Assembly: GCF_023169545.1 (NCBI RefSeq)
Contig: NZ_AP019769.1
Coordinates: 180,001 to 212,000 of the forward strand
Length of the DNA: 32,000 nucleotides
Reading direction: 5' to 3'
Source of the DNA: Nanobdella aerobiophila
GTDB lineage: Archaea > Nanobdellota > Nanobdellia > Nanobdellales > Nanobdellaceae
The translations under genes and the position numbers were made by a program. The notes beneath the pieces were generated by a model. The model was not told the origin of the DNA, searched no databases, and saw only the letters and a list, made by a program, of their open reading frames with translations. Positions 17,805 through 27,806 of the stretch are shown here, in pieces; positions within the stretch are counted from its first letter, which is position 1, and each line of letters begins with the position of its first letter.

Positions 17805-18535
17805 TGTTTATTTTATCTGGTATTGGTAATAATATAGATGAAATTCCAATTGGTTTGATTAATAATATAAAAGATGCGGATCTAGTATTTTTAGAATATT
17901 ATACAAACTTTGTAGATAATAGTATATTAAAATATCTATTAAATATAAATAGTAATATAAAATTGATTGATAGAGATTTTGTGGAGTATAAATTAGAAAA
18001 TATAATATTGAATAATAAAGATAAGAAAATAATATTAATAGTGTCGGGAAATCCTCTATTTGCTACTACACATTTTTATTTTATTGAATTATGTAAGAAA
18101 AATAATATAAATTTTAAAATAATAAATTCAGCTTCTGTATTTGATGAAGTTGGTAAAACAGGTTTGTTCTTATATAAATTTGGTAGAATAATATCTGTTC
18201 CATTTCATGAATCTACAGATTTTTATGATAATATAATAAATAACTATAGAAATAATTTACATACATTATTATTATTGGATTTAGATCCAAAGAATAATAT
18301 TTATCTAGATCATAAAGAAGCTATAAGGAAGATAATGAATTTAGATAAGAATAGAGTGTTTAATGAAGATTTTAAGTTAATAGTATGTTCCAAATTGAAC
18401 AGGGACGGTGAAAAAATATATTATGACTCTATAAGAAATCTAATGAATATGAATATAGAGCCACCTTTATGTATAATAATACCGTCAAATTTAAATAAAA
18501 TAGAAGAGGATTTTTTATCATGTATGATATCTTAA
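17804..18535 (+). CDS. dphB: Diphthine synthase (diphthamide biosynthesis methyltransferase)
   Basis: SGIGNNIDEIPIGLINNIKDADLVFLEYYTN, SGNPLFATTH, SASVFDEVGKTGLFLYKFGR. TAATG overlap with DP2. Confidence 0.92.
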   Translation: MFILSGIGNNIDEIPIGLINNIKDADLVFLEYYTNFVDNSILKYLLNINSNIKLIDRDFVEYKLENIILNNKDKKIILIVSGNPLFATTHFYFIELCKKNNINFKIINSASVFDEVGKTGLFLYKFGRIISVPFHESTDFYDNIINNYRNNLHTLLLLDLDPKNNIYLDHKEAIRKIMNLDKNRVFNEDFKLIVCSKLNRDGEKIYYDSIRNLMNMNIEPPLCIIIPSNLNKIEEDFLSCMIS

Positions 18536-19320
18536 TATCGAAGGTAAAAGATAACCCATATATACTGTTTTTTTTAACATTATTCTCTATAATATTTGCA
18601 ACATTAATATCTATTAAGAGCGGATCGGAGGGTGGCATATTAATCATAGCGATATCGTTAGTTCCATTAGTTCAAGTATATAATAAATTAATAGAAAAAG
18701 ATGAAAAATTGTCAGAAAAAATATTATCTAATCATAATATATTTTATAGATACAAGGACTATATACTTGCTTCATTTATAATATTTTTTGGATCGGTTAT
18801 CGGGTTTTATATAGGCTATTTAATAAATTATAATTTATTTTTTCCGCAATTACAAGCCATAGAAAATATAAAAATGCATGTGCTGAGTTTATCTTATGGG
18901 CAAGCAATAAATACTAATAATTTCTTTAGTTATATATTATTTAACAATATGGAGGTACTATTATTATTTTTTTCATTTTCTATATTATTTGGTGCAGGTG
19001 CAATATATCTATTATTATGGAACTCATCAATTATAGGTGTTTTTCTTGGTTTAAAGGCATTTAATTTAAATACATCAAATTTATTATATAAATATATATT
19101 ATATCCTGTCTATAGTTTAATATTAATACTACCTCACGGTTTGCTAGAATTTCTAGCTTATTTTTTAGCTGCTTTATCTGGTAATATATTATCTATAGCA
19201 TTTGTAAAAGGATTAGATAAAGAAATATTAGAAAAAATATTATCCGATTCTTTAGCATTATTTGTATTATCCATACTATTCTTATTTACTGCGGCATTTA
19301 TAGAAGCTTATATTATTTAA
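18520..19320 (+). CDS. SpoIIM-like integral membrane protein
   Basis: Multiple TM segments; ILFGAGAIYLLLWNSSIIGVFLG and ILPHGLLEFLAYFLAALSGNIL are typical of the stage II sporulation M / DUF95 family. Confidence 0.78.
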   Translation: MYDILISKVKDNPYILFFLTLFSIIFATLISIKSGSEGGILIIAISLVPLVQVYNKLIEKDEKLSEKILSNHNIFYRYKDYILASFIIFFGSVIGFYIGYLINYNLFFPQLQAIENIKMHVLSLSYGQAINTNNFFSYILFNNMEVLLLFFSFSILFGAGAIYLLLWNSSIIGVFLGLKAFNLNTSNLLYKYILYPVYSLILILPHGLLEFLAYFLAALSGNILSIAFVKGLDKEILEKILSDSLALFVLSILFLFTAAFIEAYII

Positions 19321-19335
19321 TTACAATTTTTTTAT

Positions 19336-19587
19336 ATGTATGAATCATTTGAGTATATAGAAGAAGGTATAATATACTGTAAGGTAAAATCTATATTAAA
19401 AGATAAGGTAATATTTGATATAAATAGTAAGGAGTATTCTTTCGACAAGACAATTGATATGAACTATTTAAAAGAAGGAGATTATGTTAGATTTTATATA
19501 AAAGACAATAAAATAATCTACATAGAGACTATATCAAAGGAATTTTATGATAGGATGTATTATATAATCAGTCAATTATATAACTAA
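19336..19587 (+). CDS. Small protein of unknown function, probably beta-rich
   Basis: 83-aa ORF with lysine-rich beta-like pattern; no family recognised. Confidence 0.55.
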   Translation: MYESFEYIEEGIIYCKVKSILKDKVIFDINSKEYSFDKTIDMNYLKEGDYVRFYIKDNKIIYIETISKEFYDRMYYIISQLYN

Positions 19588-20136
19588 TCCTTTTTTATAT
19601 TTTTTTATAAATATAATCCAAAATATTACTAAGAACATAGTTGTAAATATTTCCCATAATACATTATGTACAAAATATGGGTTTAAATTAAATCTTACAT
19701 ATAGAAAAAATACAGACCATAATCTAAATATATTTAGAATATATAATATTAAGCTTGAATAGATAAAATACATAATCTTATTTCTTATATTTAATATAGG
19801 TGTAGAAAATATCATTGCAAATATAGCAAATACAGATTTAAATCCTGTACATTCTTGATCTATTATAAAATTTACAGAGCCTACATGTAATGTATTGGCA
19901 GTTAATATATATTCTATATTTGATAATGTTAATATATATCCTATAAATTTAGAATAAGATAATAAAAATGATTGTGGTAATATAATATAATAATAGCTAA
20001 ATAAAGATAAAGGTATAGAATAAATTAACATATTTAGAAAAAATATAGCAATTATTAATTCTTTTCTTATCATCTTACTTTTCATAGATTCTTCAATTAT
20101 ATTAGGAAAATATTTTTTTATTATATATTCAAACAT
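19576..20136 (-). CDS. Archaeosortase/exosortase family protein
   Basis: Multi-TM protein with the catalytic pattern DQECTGFKS (Cys), NIFRLW (Arg) and FVHNVLWE (His). Confidence 0.85.
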   Translation of the reverse strand: MFEYIIKKYFPNIIEESMKSKMIRKELIIAIFFLNMLIYSIPLSLFSYYYIILPQSFLLSYSKFIGYILTLSNIEYILTANTLHVGSVNFIIDQECTGFKSVFAIFAMIFSTPILNIRNKIMYFIYSSLILYILNIFRLWSVFFLYVRFNLNPYFVHNVLWEIFTTMFLVIFWIIFIKKYKKGLVI

Positions 20137-20584
20137 GTTTTATTTTAACTGCTAAACCATATTTAAAGTCTTTTATTTCCTTTGCCGATAGGAGTGTTTC
20201 ACCAATAGCCAATAATTTATCATATCTATTTACTATTAATACAATATCTCTGGATAATATATTTTCATCAATATTTACTATAAATTTTGAGAATACAGAT
20301 TTACCTTTTAATATGTAGTCTTCTGCCTCTTCGTTTACAACAACTCTATACTTTGGAAATTCTAAAAATTTTTGCAAAATCTCACCGCCATATTTTGTTA
20401 TTATTATATATCCTGTACTTGGTTCTATAGATCCAAATAGCTTATTATTGATAAATATTCTTTTTATTCTATGGGTTTTTCTACTCTTTTCTAATTGTAT
20501 ATTTTCATAGCTTTCTAGAATCTTATCTCCAACTTTACTGCCAAATTGGTAATTTAATATAGATTTAATTATTAATGAATCCAT
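20129..20584 (-). CDS. Stand-alone PUA-domain protein (ArcTGT C-terminal-like)
   Basis: GKSVFSKFIVNIDENILSRDIVLIVNRYDKLLAIGETLLSAKEIKDFKYGLAVKIKHV is a canonical PUA. The ORF opens at 20611; the internal Met at 20584 (MDSLIIKSILNYQFG) is a plausible alternative start. Confidence 0.82.
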   Translation of the reverse strand: MDSLIIKSILNYQFGSKVGDKILESYENIQLEKSRKTHRIKRIFINNKLFGSIEPSTGYIIITKYGGEILQKFLEFPKYRVVVNEEAEDYILKGKSVFSKFIVNIDENILSRDIVLIVNRYDKLLAIGETLLSAKEIKDFKYGLAVKIKHV

Positions 20585-21149
20585 ACCAGTATAATACGAA
20601 CTTTGCTGCAATTTCTTCGCCTATTATAGAATTATTATTTTCTAATAATATTGTATTATTTTCTGGGTATAAATATATTCCATAACTTTTATTTGTTGGT
20701 ACGAGATATATTAATAAAGTATCATTTAATGGTATATAATAATATTTATACTGATTATTATAGTATTGGTATAATAATATTGTATTATTTTCTATAGAAT
20801 TATTTTCTAAAAAGAATGTACAACCATTACTATATCCAAAACAAGTTGGTATAATATTTGGGATCTTCAAATCTATATATAATAGCTCTGCATTATAATA
20901 TCCAGTTAAATTAGGATTGAATAATAATAAATATATAGATTTATTATTAATTATACTATATATCGATATATTTGGATATATATTTATATTAGATAGCTGA
21001 TCTATAGAATAAGGACTAGCAATAGTTATATTATCTTTATTATAGTAATATATATTTTTGTGATTATAATATGATTTATATAATATATATATTATAAAGA
21101 TTAGAAATGCAATAAAAATAATCATACTTATTATCTTGTCCTTTTTCAT
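20565..21149 (-). CDS. Predicted membrane-anchored extracytoplasmic protein of unknown function
   Basis: N-terminal TM (IISMIIFIAFLIFIIYILY) followed by an Asn/Tyr-rich, beta-like domain with two cysteines. Overlaps the PUA gene. Confidence 0.65.
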   Translation of the reverse strand: MKKDKIISMIIFIAFLIFIIYILYKSYYNHKNIYYYNKDNITIASPYSIDQLSNINIYPNISIYSIINNKSIYLLLFNPNLTGYYNAELLYIDLKIPNIIPTCFGYSNGCTFFLENNSIENNTILLYQYYNNQYKYYYIPLNDTLLIYLVPTNKSYGIYLYPENNTILLENNNSIIGEEIAAKFVLYWYGFINN

Positions 21150-21205
21150 AATCTATAGAAATTTACAAAATATATATAAATATTAATAAGAGTAAATTAA
21201 TAATA

Positions 21206-21946
21206 ATGAATGAGATAGAAGAAAGATTATTGAGTGCCTTGAGACAGCACCCATACGGTCTTACAATATCTGAACTATCTAAAAATTTTAAGATAAATAG
21301 GATAACATTATCTAAACATTTGGAAGTTTTAAAAGAAAGAGGATATTTAAATTATAGAAATGTTGGAAAGGCGAAAGTTTGGTATATAAATGAAGATGTG
21401 AACTTCTTAGAGATGATACATGGGGATGTAATGCTAACAAAATTAATAAAATTAGATAGAAATAGCTTTCTTAGTATAGCGGATATAAAATTTTTGATAT
21501 TACCATCAGAAATACTACAAGTACTATATTTACAATCATTAGAAATAAATAATGTTAATTTTATAAGAGATGTTGGTAAAAGATTTGGAATATTGATGGC
21601 TACTACATATAAGATGTACTCTGGTGTGGAGAGGATTCTTAATGAAGATCTATTAAATGAAATAATAAAATTGTATGAAAAGATCGGTTTTGGAAAGATT
21701 GAAGAGATATTTATAGATATAAAAACACTAGATATTATAATAAATTTGAGTTCATCAATTGAGGCATTAATATTAAAAGATATAGAAGATTTATTAAAGG
21801 AAAAAAATACCGAAATAAAAGAATATTTTACGGAAGGATATTTTGAAGGCTTGTTAAGTACGTTATTTGGAATACCTATGTTATCTATAAATAAAAAAAC
21901 AATATATAACGAAGATAAGACAGAAATAGTGATTCGAAGAAAATGA
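21206..21946 (+). CDS. Winged-HTH transcriptional regulator with C-terminal putative V4R-like domain
   Basis: LSALRQHPYGLTISELSKNFKINRITLSKHLEVLKERGYLNYRNVGKAKVWYI is a clear wHTH. The C-terminal part (FGILMATTYKM...EGYFEGLLSTLFG) resembles V4R weakly. Confidence 0.75.
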   Translation: MNEIEERLLSALRQHPYGLTISELSKNFKINRITLSKHLEVLKERGYLNYRNVGKAKVWYINEDVNFLEMIHGDVMLTKLIKLDRNSFLSIADIKFLILPSEILQVLYLQSLEINNVNFIRDVGKRFGILMATTYKMYSGVERILNEDLLNEIIKLYEKIGFGKIEEIFIDIKTLDIIINLSSSIEALILKDIEDLLKEKNTEIKEYFTEGYFEGLLSTLFGIPMLSINKKTIYNEDKTEIVIRRK

Positions 21947-22425
21947 TTATATGCATTACAGGCGTACCTGGTTGTGGTAAGAGTACAATTGCGAAAGAAT
22001 TATCTAAAAAAATGAATATTGAAGTATTAGATATATCTAGATTTTCAATAGAGAATAAGTTGTATGAAAATTATGATGATGCATATAATACTTATATAGT
22101 AGATGAAGAAAAATTATTTAGCAAAATAGATGAATATATAAAAAATAAGGATAATATAATTATAGAAGGGAATTTTTCTCATTTATATAATAAGTGCGAT
22201 ATATGTATAATAATAAAAACAGATCCAAATATACTTTATAAAAGGTTAAAAGAAAGAAACTATCCATATTACAAAATTTTTGAAAATATATGGGCTATGA
22301 ATCTCGAAGTCTTAGAAGATGAATTGGAAAGTATAAAAAGGCCATACTATATATTTTTTAATAATAATAAAGAAGATATAGAAATAATAGTTAAAAATAT
22401 ACTAGAAATAATAAATAAAGGATAA
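21943..22425 (+). CDS. AK6/Fap7-like P-loop kinase (adenylate kinase)
   Basis: Walker A GVPGCGKSTIAKEL; KNIIIEGNFSHL-like IIIEGNFSHLYNKCDICIIIKTDPNILYKRLKERNY; ATGA overlap with the upstream gene. Confidence 0.87.
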   Translation: MIICITGVPGCGKSTIAKELSKKMNIEVLDISRFSIENKLYENYDDAYNTYIVDEEKLFSKIDEYIKNKDNIIIEGNFSHLYNKCDICIIIKTDPNILYKRLKERNYPYYKIFENIWAMNLEVLEDELESIKRPYYIFFNNNKEDIEIIVKNILEIINKG

Positions 22426-22460
22426 AAATAAGGGTATTTAGATATGAAGTAATCAAAGAC

Positions 22461-22467
22461 TTATAAG
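22461..22467 (+). promoter_or_regulatory. TATA-like element of the thermosome gene
   Basis: TTATAAG centred about 25 nt upstream of ATG 22489. Confidence 0.55.
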
Positions 22468-22488
22468 TTTTATTTAAAATTATATACT

Positions 22489-24147
22489 ATGGCAGAAGAT
22501 AGAAAAGGACTATATCCTATGGTATTATCTCCAGAAAAATATGCAAGAACAATTGGTAGAGAAGCAATGAGATCAAATATTATGGCGGCTATTATTGTAT
22601 CAGAAATATTAAAGACATCTCTGGGCCCAAGAGGAATGGATAAAATGTTAGTAGATGAGCTAGGAGATGTCACTGTTACGAATGATGGAGCTACAATATT
22701 AGATCAGATGCATGTCGAACATCCTGCAGCAAAGTTAATTATCGAAATAGCAAAAACTCAAGATAAGGAAGTAGGTGATGGTACGAAGAGATCTACAGTA
22801 CTGGCAGGAGAGTTATTAAAAAGAGCAGATGAATTATTAGATAAGAATGTCCATCCAACAATATTAATGGAGGGTTATAAAAAAGCAGAATTATTGGCTG
22901 AAAAGATAGTGTCAAATTTAGCAGAAAAAATTTCTATAGAAGATGAGGGATCTCTTATAAAAATTGCTAAGTCTGCTCTTTCATCAAAATTAGCGTCCAT
23001 ATATTCTGATGTGCTGGGAAAAATAATTGTAGATGCTGTAAAGAGGGTTACAAGCGTTGTAGATCTTGGTAATGGAAATAAGAAAATAATCGTAGATTTG
23101 GATTCATTAAAAATTGAGAAAAAGGTAGGTGGTGGAGTTGAGGAGACAGAATTAATAGAAGGAATAGTAATAGATAAAGAAAGAATACATGGTGAAATGC
23201 CAAAAATAGTTTCAAAGGCAAAAATTGCGTTAATAGGTGATGCCATAGAAATAAAAGAGACAGAAACGGATGCAAGAATAAATATAAGTACTCCAGATCA
23301 GTTAGAACAATTCTTGAATAAAGAAAAAGAGATGTTGAAAAAGATGGTAGATAAGATAAAACAGATAGGTGCAAATGTTGTATTAGTACAGAAAGGTGTG
23401 GATGACTTAGCAGCATATTATTTTGCAAAATATGGTATATTAGCAGTAAGAAGAGTTAAGAAATCAGATATGGAAAAATTAGCAAAAGCAACAGGTGCAA
23501 AGATAATAAATTCAATAGATGAACTATCTCAATCTGATTTAGGTGAAGCAGAATTAGTAGAAGAAAGGAAAGTAGCAGATGAAAATATGTTATTTGTAAC
23601 AGGATGTAAAAATCCAAAAGCAGTCACAATATTAATAAGGGCAGGTTCTGAACATGTTGCAGATGAGATAGAGAGATCCATAAATGATGCAGTTAGAGAT
23701 ATAGCAACAGTTATAAGATACGGAAAAATTATAGCTGGTGGTGGTGCGATAGAAATGGAATTATCAGAGGCAATAAGAAAAGAAGCAAAGAAAGAATCAT
23801 CTAAAGTTCAGATGGCTATGTTGGCATTTGCAGATGCATTAGAGGCTATACCAGCTGCATTGGCAGAAAATGCGGGTATGGATACAATTGAAGCAATGAC
23901 AGAATTAAGGGCAAGTCATGAGCAGGGTAAAAAATGGTACGGTATAGATGCATCAGAGGGTAAAGTTACAGATATGTGGGCTAAAAATGTAATAGAACCA
24001 GCAAGTATAACATTACAAGCGATAAAATCAGCTACAGAAGCAGCAATAATGATATTGAAGATAGATGATGTGATTGCAGCAGTAGGTAAATCTACAGGAG
24101 CGGGATCAGGAGCAGGAAGCGAGCCATCAGAAGGCTTAGAAGAATAG
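22489..24147 (+). CDS. thsA: Thermosome (group II chaperonin) subunit
   Basis: LKTSLGPRGMDKMLVDELGDVTVTNDGATILDQMHVEHPAAK, GDGTKRSTVLAGELL, GGGAIEMELS, YGIDASEGKVTDM. Confidence 0.97.
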   Translation: MAEDRKGLYPMVLSPEKYARTIGREAMRSNIMAAIIVSEILKTSLGPRGMDKMLVDELGDVTVTNDGATILDQMHVEHPAAKLIIEIAKTQDKEVGDGTKRSTVLAGELLKRADELLDKNVHPTILMEGYKKAELLAEKIVSNLAEKISIEDEGSLIKIAKSALSSKLASIYSDVLGKIIVDAVKRVTSVVDLGNGNKKIIVDLDSLKIEKKVGGGVEETELIEGIVIDKERIHGEMPKIVSKAKIALIGDAIEIKETETDARINISTPDQLEQFLNKEKEMLKKMVDKIKQIGANVVLVQKGVDDLAAYYFAKYGILAVRRVKKSDMEKLAKATGAKIINSIDELSQSDLGEAELVEERKVADENMLFVTGCKNPKAVTILIRAGSEHVADEIERSINDAVRDIATVIRYGKIIAGGGAIEMELSEAIRKEAKKESSKVQMAMLAFADALEAIPAALAENAGMDTIEAMTELRASHEQGKKWYGIDASEGKVTDMWAKNVIEPASITLQAIKSATEAAIMILKIDDVIAAVGKSTGAGSGAGSEPSEGLEE

Positions 24148-24161
24148 TTTTTTATATAAAA

Positions 24162-24170
24162 TTTATAAAT
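24162..24170 (+). promoter_or_regulatory. TATA-like element upstream of the coiled-coil/pilin cluster
   Basis: TTTATAAAT centred about 26 nt upstream of ATG 24192. Confidence 0.55.
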
Positions 24171-24191
24171 TTCTAAACTTCTATATTTTTT

Positions 24192-24725
24192 ATGCCAGAA
24201 TATGAAATTATACCTCAAGATCCAATAGATAAATTAACACAAGAAATAGAGAATTTAAAAACGGATTTAAGGGAGTTGAAGGGACAACTAAAAGATAATA
24301 TTGAAAATATAAAAAGAGAACTCTCTCTACCAAATGAAAATAATCCATTATTAAGAAAGGAAGTTAATTATTCTCAAAATTTTTCTGTGGATATATCATT
24401 TTACAAGGAGATTGTAAATTCATTAATTAAAAGTAATGTGGATTTACAGGCTAAAATATCTGAATTGGTAGTAGTTTCAAATAATTTGTATAGAGAAATA
24501 AAGAATCTGCTAGATATATTTAAAGAGGCGGCAATTTCTAGAAAAGAGGCCAAGAATGATAATAATTTGAATAATGTAGATATATTAAAAAGATTAGAAA
24601 ATTTAGAAAAAGCAAATTTGAAAATAGCAGAACTGTTAGATAGCTTTAAAAAATATATGGATAATTCAAAAGATAATAATGTAAAACCAGTAACAAATAA
24701 TAATCCATTATATAGAAAGATATAA
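24192..24725 (+). CDS. Coiled-coil protein of unknown function
   Basis: Long heptad-like segments (IDKLTQEIENLKTDLRELKGQLKDNIENIKREL; VDILKRLENLEKANLKIAELLDSFKKYM); immediately upstream of the pilin-like gene. Confidence 0.7.
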   Translation: MPEYEIIPQDPIDKLTQEIENLKTDLRELKGQLKDNIENIKRELSLPNENNPLLRKEVNYSQNFSVDISFYKEIVNSLIKSNVDLQAKISELVVVSNNLYREIKNLLDIFKEAAISRKEAKNDNNLNNVDILKRLENLEKANLKIAELLDSFKKYMDNSKDNNVKPVTNNNPLYRKI

Positions 24726-24749
24726 AAACATTAGATGTAAATATATCTT

Positions 24750-25580
24750 ATGAAAAAAGGCCAATCTAATTTAGTGAGTTATCTTTTACTAGGTTTAATT
24801 ATAGTAGGTCTGTCCGTTGGTATTTATGAGTGGGGTATCCCAGTTATACAAAAATCTCAGTTAAAGACTTCAATAAGTGGTATACAGGCTTCATTAACTA
24901 CATTGGCTAGTACTATACAAGATGTGGCGGAAAGTAAAGGTAGTCAGGTGGTATCAATATCTTTGCCTTCTGGACCATTGAATATAAATTACAATGATAT
25001 ACAATATTCATTTCAATCTCCAGAAATATACTACAATCCATCTGTACCTGCAATACCAATAAATTATAATATATTCATACCTTGTACTGTAAATAATACA
25101 TTGACTATAAATGGCGGAGTAGTTAATTTATGTGGTTTACCAGGACTAGAGGCATATGCAAATAGTACAAATATAGTATTAACAGATATAAATAATAATA
25201 CAATAATCCTGCCATTGGAAAATATAAATAACTTAATTACAGAAGAATATGTATTTAATGTTAAGGTTAGTAATAATCAGGTAGATTTTATACCAGAATA
25301 CAATACTGGTGTAGCAAACTCCCAGTATTATCCCGCCTGTTTATTAACTGCTGTTCAATTGGGTAAGGAGATTGAGTATCAGATAGAGTGTAGACCAATG
25401 TATAATCCACAAAATGGTCAGTGTACATGGATTAATATAGTTCCGGCAGGGCAGACAGGGACTACTGCTTCTGGAACTGTAAATATAAATCTACAATATA
25501 ATGGTATAAATGTAGAGAATGTAAATTCTACAATATGTAATCAATTAATCTTATATAATATAGAAGCTTCTATATCTTAA
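24750..25580 (+). CDS. Archaeal type IV pilin/flagellin-like protein
   Basis: Class III-like signal MKKG|QSNLVSYLLLGLIIVGLSVGIYEWG followed by an Asn/Thr-rich extracellular domain with several Cys. Confidence 0.75.
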   Translation: MKKGQSNLVSYLLLGLIIVGLSVGIYEWGIPVIQKSQLKTSISGIQASLTTLASTIQDVAESKGSQVVSISLPSGPLNINYNDIQYSFQSPEIYYNPSVPAIPINYNIFIPCTVNNTLTINGGVVNLCGLPGLEAYANSTNIVLTDINNNTIILPLENINNLITEEYVFNVKVSNNQVDFIPEYNTGVANSQYYPACLLTAVQLGKEIEYQIECRPMYNPQNGQCTWINIVPAGQTGTTASGTVNINLQYNGINVENVNSTICNQLILYNIEASIS

Positions 25581-25972
25581 TGGTAGAGAATGCATTTGAA
25601 ATAACTTTAATTACTTTAATACTATTTTTTACTTCCATTATAATAGTTACTCTTTTTAGAGATATAACCAATGTAAATAATTATGATGAATTTACTTTAA
25701 ATTATATAGGTAATAATATATATTTGTGTGTTAATCTTGCTTATCTATATAACTTATCTAGTATATACTGTAATCCATCTAGTAATTATAATTTTTTTGT
25801 GTCTTCTACAGGAAAAAATCTTTATGTTCAATATTCTAATATAGAAAAAATATATAATTTATATCAAGGCTATTCGTACTCTCCTTTATATGGAGAGAGT
25901 GAGGACTCTTTTTATATAATATACAATAATAAGACATCTATAGTCGATAGAGGATATTATATAGAATCATAA
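25580..25972 (+). CDS. Minor pilin-like or membrane-anchored component
   Basis: Single N-terminal TM (FEITLITLILFFTSIIIVTLF) and small Tyr/Asn-rich ectodomain; 1-bp overlap with the pilin-like gene. Confidence 0.55.
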   Translation: MVENAFEITLITLILFFTSIIIVTLFRDITNVNNYDEFTLNYIGNNIYLCVNLAYLYNLSSIYCNPSSNYNFFVSSTGKNLYVQYSNIEKIYNLYQGYSYSPLYGESEDSFYIIYNNKTSIVDRGYYIES

Positions 25973-26006
25973 ATATTTATATTTTTCAAGATTTCTTTTA
26001 TCTTGT

Positions 26007-27806
26007 ATGGATATTGATGAATTTATTGATTCTGTACTTGATACTGTAAAGAAAAAAATTGAATTAAAAAATAAATTAAATCAAGGAGGATTTAGAATCG
26101 AAAAAATAAATACCAATATAGCTGGTAGTTCGCAAAATAGTAATCAAATAATTCCTATATTACAAACATATCCATATAAACCAAAAAAATTCAAAAAGAA
26201 AGCTAAAAAATTAAATAAAGATATAAATTTATTGAGTATTCCAGTAGCAGGTCAGAGAAAAATAACAGATAAGGATAAATTAAAATTTTTTATAGATTTA
26301 TACGGAGTAAATAATGAGGAAAATGAATATAGATACCCACTAACAAAAATGAGAGTCCTTAATAAGGATTTTATATTCTCTTATGCTGATATTTCTATAG
26401 ATCAAAATTTAAATGAATTAGTGTATAATGTTGTTGAAGTACCAATAACTGTACAAGAAAAAAATATAATAGACTATGTTATAGATAAATTAATTAAAAG
26501 AATTGAAATACCAGAGAATAGGGAAAATGATTTTGATAGGATGAAGGATTATATAGTTGAGGAATCGATTAATATATTAAAAGAAAAGGGGGTAAAGATA
26601 ACTAATCAAAGATTACCATATATATTATATTATATTATCAGAGATACAATTGGTTATGGTATAATAGATCCTCTCATGAGAGATCCATATATAGAGGATA
26701 TATCATGTAATGGTATTGATATACCAATATTTATTTTCCATAGAAATCCATTGATCGGTGAGATTAAAACAAACATAAAATTTAATTCTGATATAGAACT
26801 AGATAATTTTGTCATAAAGTTATCGGTAAGAACAGGAAGAATGATATCTATATCAAATCCACTATTAGATGCAGCACTACCAGATGGTTCTAGACTCCAA
26901 ATTACTTTTGGTAAAGATATATCTAGAAAAGGTTCATCATTTACAATAAGAAAGTTTACAGAAGATCCATTTACGCCTGTAGATTTATTATTATATGGTA
27001 CAGCAGATACAAATATGTTAGCATATTTATGGACATTAATAGAAGAAGGAAGATCTTTGTTAATATCGGGAGGTACAGCAACTGGTAAAACTTCTTTTTT
27101 AAATGCAGTTTCCTTATTTATTAAACCAGGTAAAAAGATAATATCTATAGAGGATACTGCAGAATTAAGATTACCCCACTCTAACTGGTTACAAGAGGTA
27201 GCAAGGCCAGGATATGGTCCGAATAGGTATGGAGAGGTCAGTATGTTCGATTTATTAAAAGCTGCATTAAGACAAAGGCCGGATTATATAATTGTTGGTG
27301 AGGTTAGAGGTGAAGAGGCATATATATTGTTCCAAGCGATGGCTACAGGTCACGCAGGTTTAAGTACAATTCACGCAGAGAGTATAGAAGCATTGACTGA
27401 TAGGCTATTATCTCCTCCAATAAATTTACCTCCCTCTCTATTAGAGATATTGGATGATGTAATATTTTTGAAAAGAATAAGATATCAGGGTAGATATGTA
27501 AGAAGAGTAGATAAGATATATGAAATTTTAGGTTATGACAAAGAAAAGAAGGATATAAATAGAGTAGTATCATATTATTGGGACCCGAAAGATGATTCAT
27601 ATATTCCTCAAAATAGTAATGTATTAAATAAGATAGCAGAATTAAGAAACTGGTCTAAAAGCGATATAGAAACTAACTTTAAATTTAAGATTAGAGTATT
27701 GGAATATATGTTTGAGAATAATGTGAGAGATTATAAAAAAGTAGGAGAAATATTAGATATGTATTATAATGATACAGATAAGTTGATTAGATTAGTAGGT
27801 TTTTAG
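26007..27806 (+). CDS. Type II/IV secretion (archaellum/pilus, GspE/FlaI-like) ATPase
   Basis: Walker A SGGTATGKTSFLNAV, Asp box IEDTAELRLPHSNW, Walker B LLKAALRQRPDYIIVGEVRGEEAYILFQAMATGHAGLSTIHA. Confidence 0.95.
   Translation: MDIDEFIDSVLDTVKKKIELKNKLNQGGFRIEKINTNIAGSSQNSNQIIPILQTYPYKPKKFKKKAKKLNKDINLLSIPVAGQRKITDKDKLKFFIDLYGVNNEENEYRYPLTKMRVLNKDFIFSYADISIDQNLNELVYNVVEVPITVQEKNIIDYVIDKLIKRIEIPENRENDFDRMKDYIVEESINILKEKGVKITNQRLPYILYYIIRDTIGYGIIDPLMRDPYIEDISCNGIDIPIFIFHRNPLIGEIKTNIKFNSDIELDNFVIKLSVRTGRMISISNPLLDAALPDGSRLQITFGKDISRKGSSFTIRKFTEDPFTPVDLLLYGTADTNMLAYLWTLIEEGRSLLISGGTATGKTSFLNAVSLFIKPGKKIISIEDTAELRLPHSNWLQEVARPGYGPNRYGEVSMFDLLKAALRQRPDYIIVGEVRGEEAYILFQAMATGHAGLSTIHAESIEALTDRLLSPPINLPPSLLEILDDVIFLKRIRYQGRYVRRVDKIYEILGYDKEKKDINRVVSYYWDPKDDSYIPQNSNVLNKIAELRNWSKSDIETNFKFKIRVLEYMFENNVRDYKKVGEILDMYYNDTDKLIRLVGF

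Noticed and set aside
22875-24218. Antisense ORFs inside or at the end of the thermosome gene (22875-23246, 23048-23428, 23916-24218)
   Set aside because: They are antisense to a canonical chaperonin and have compositionally biased products.
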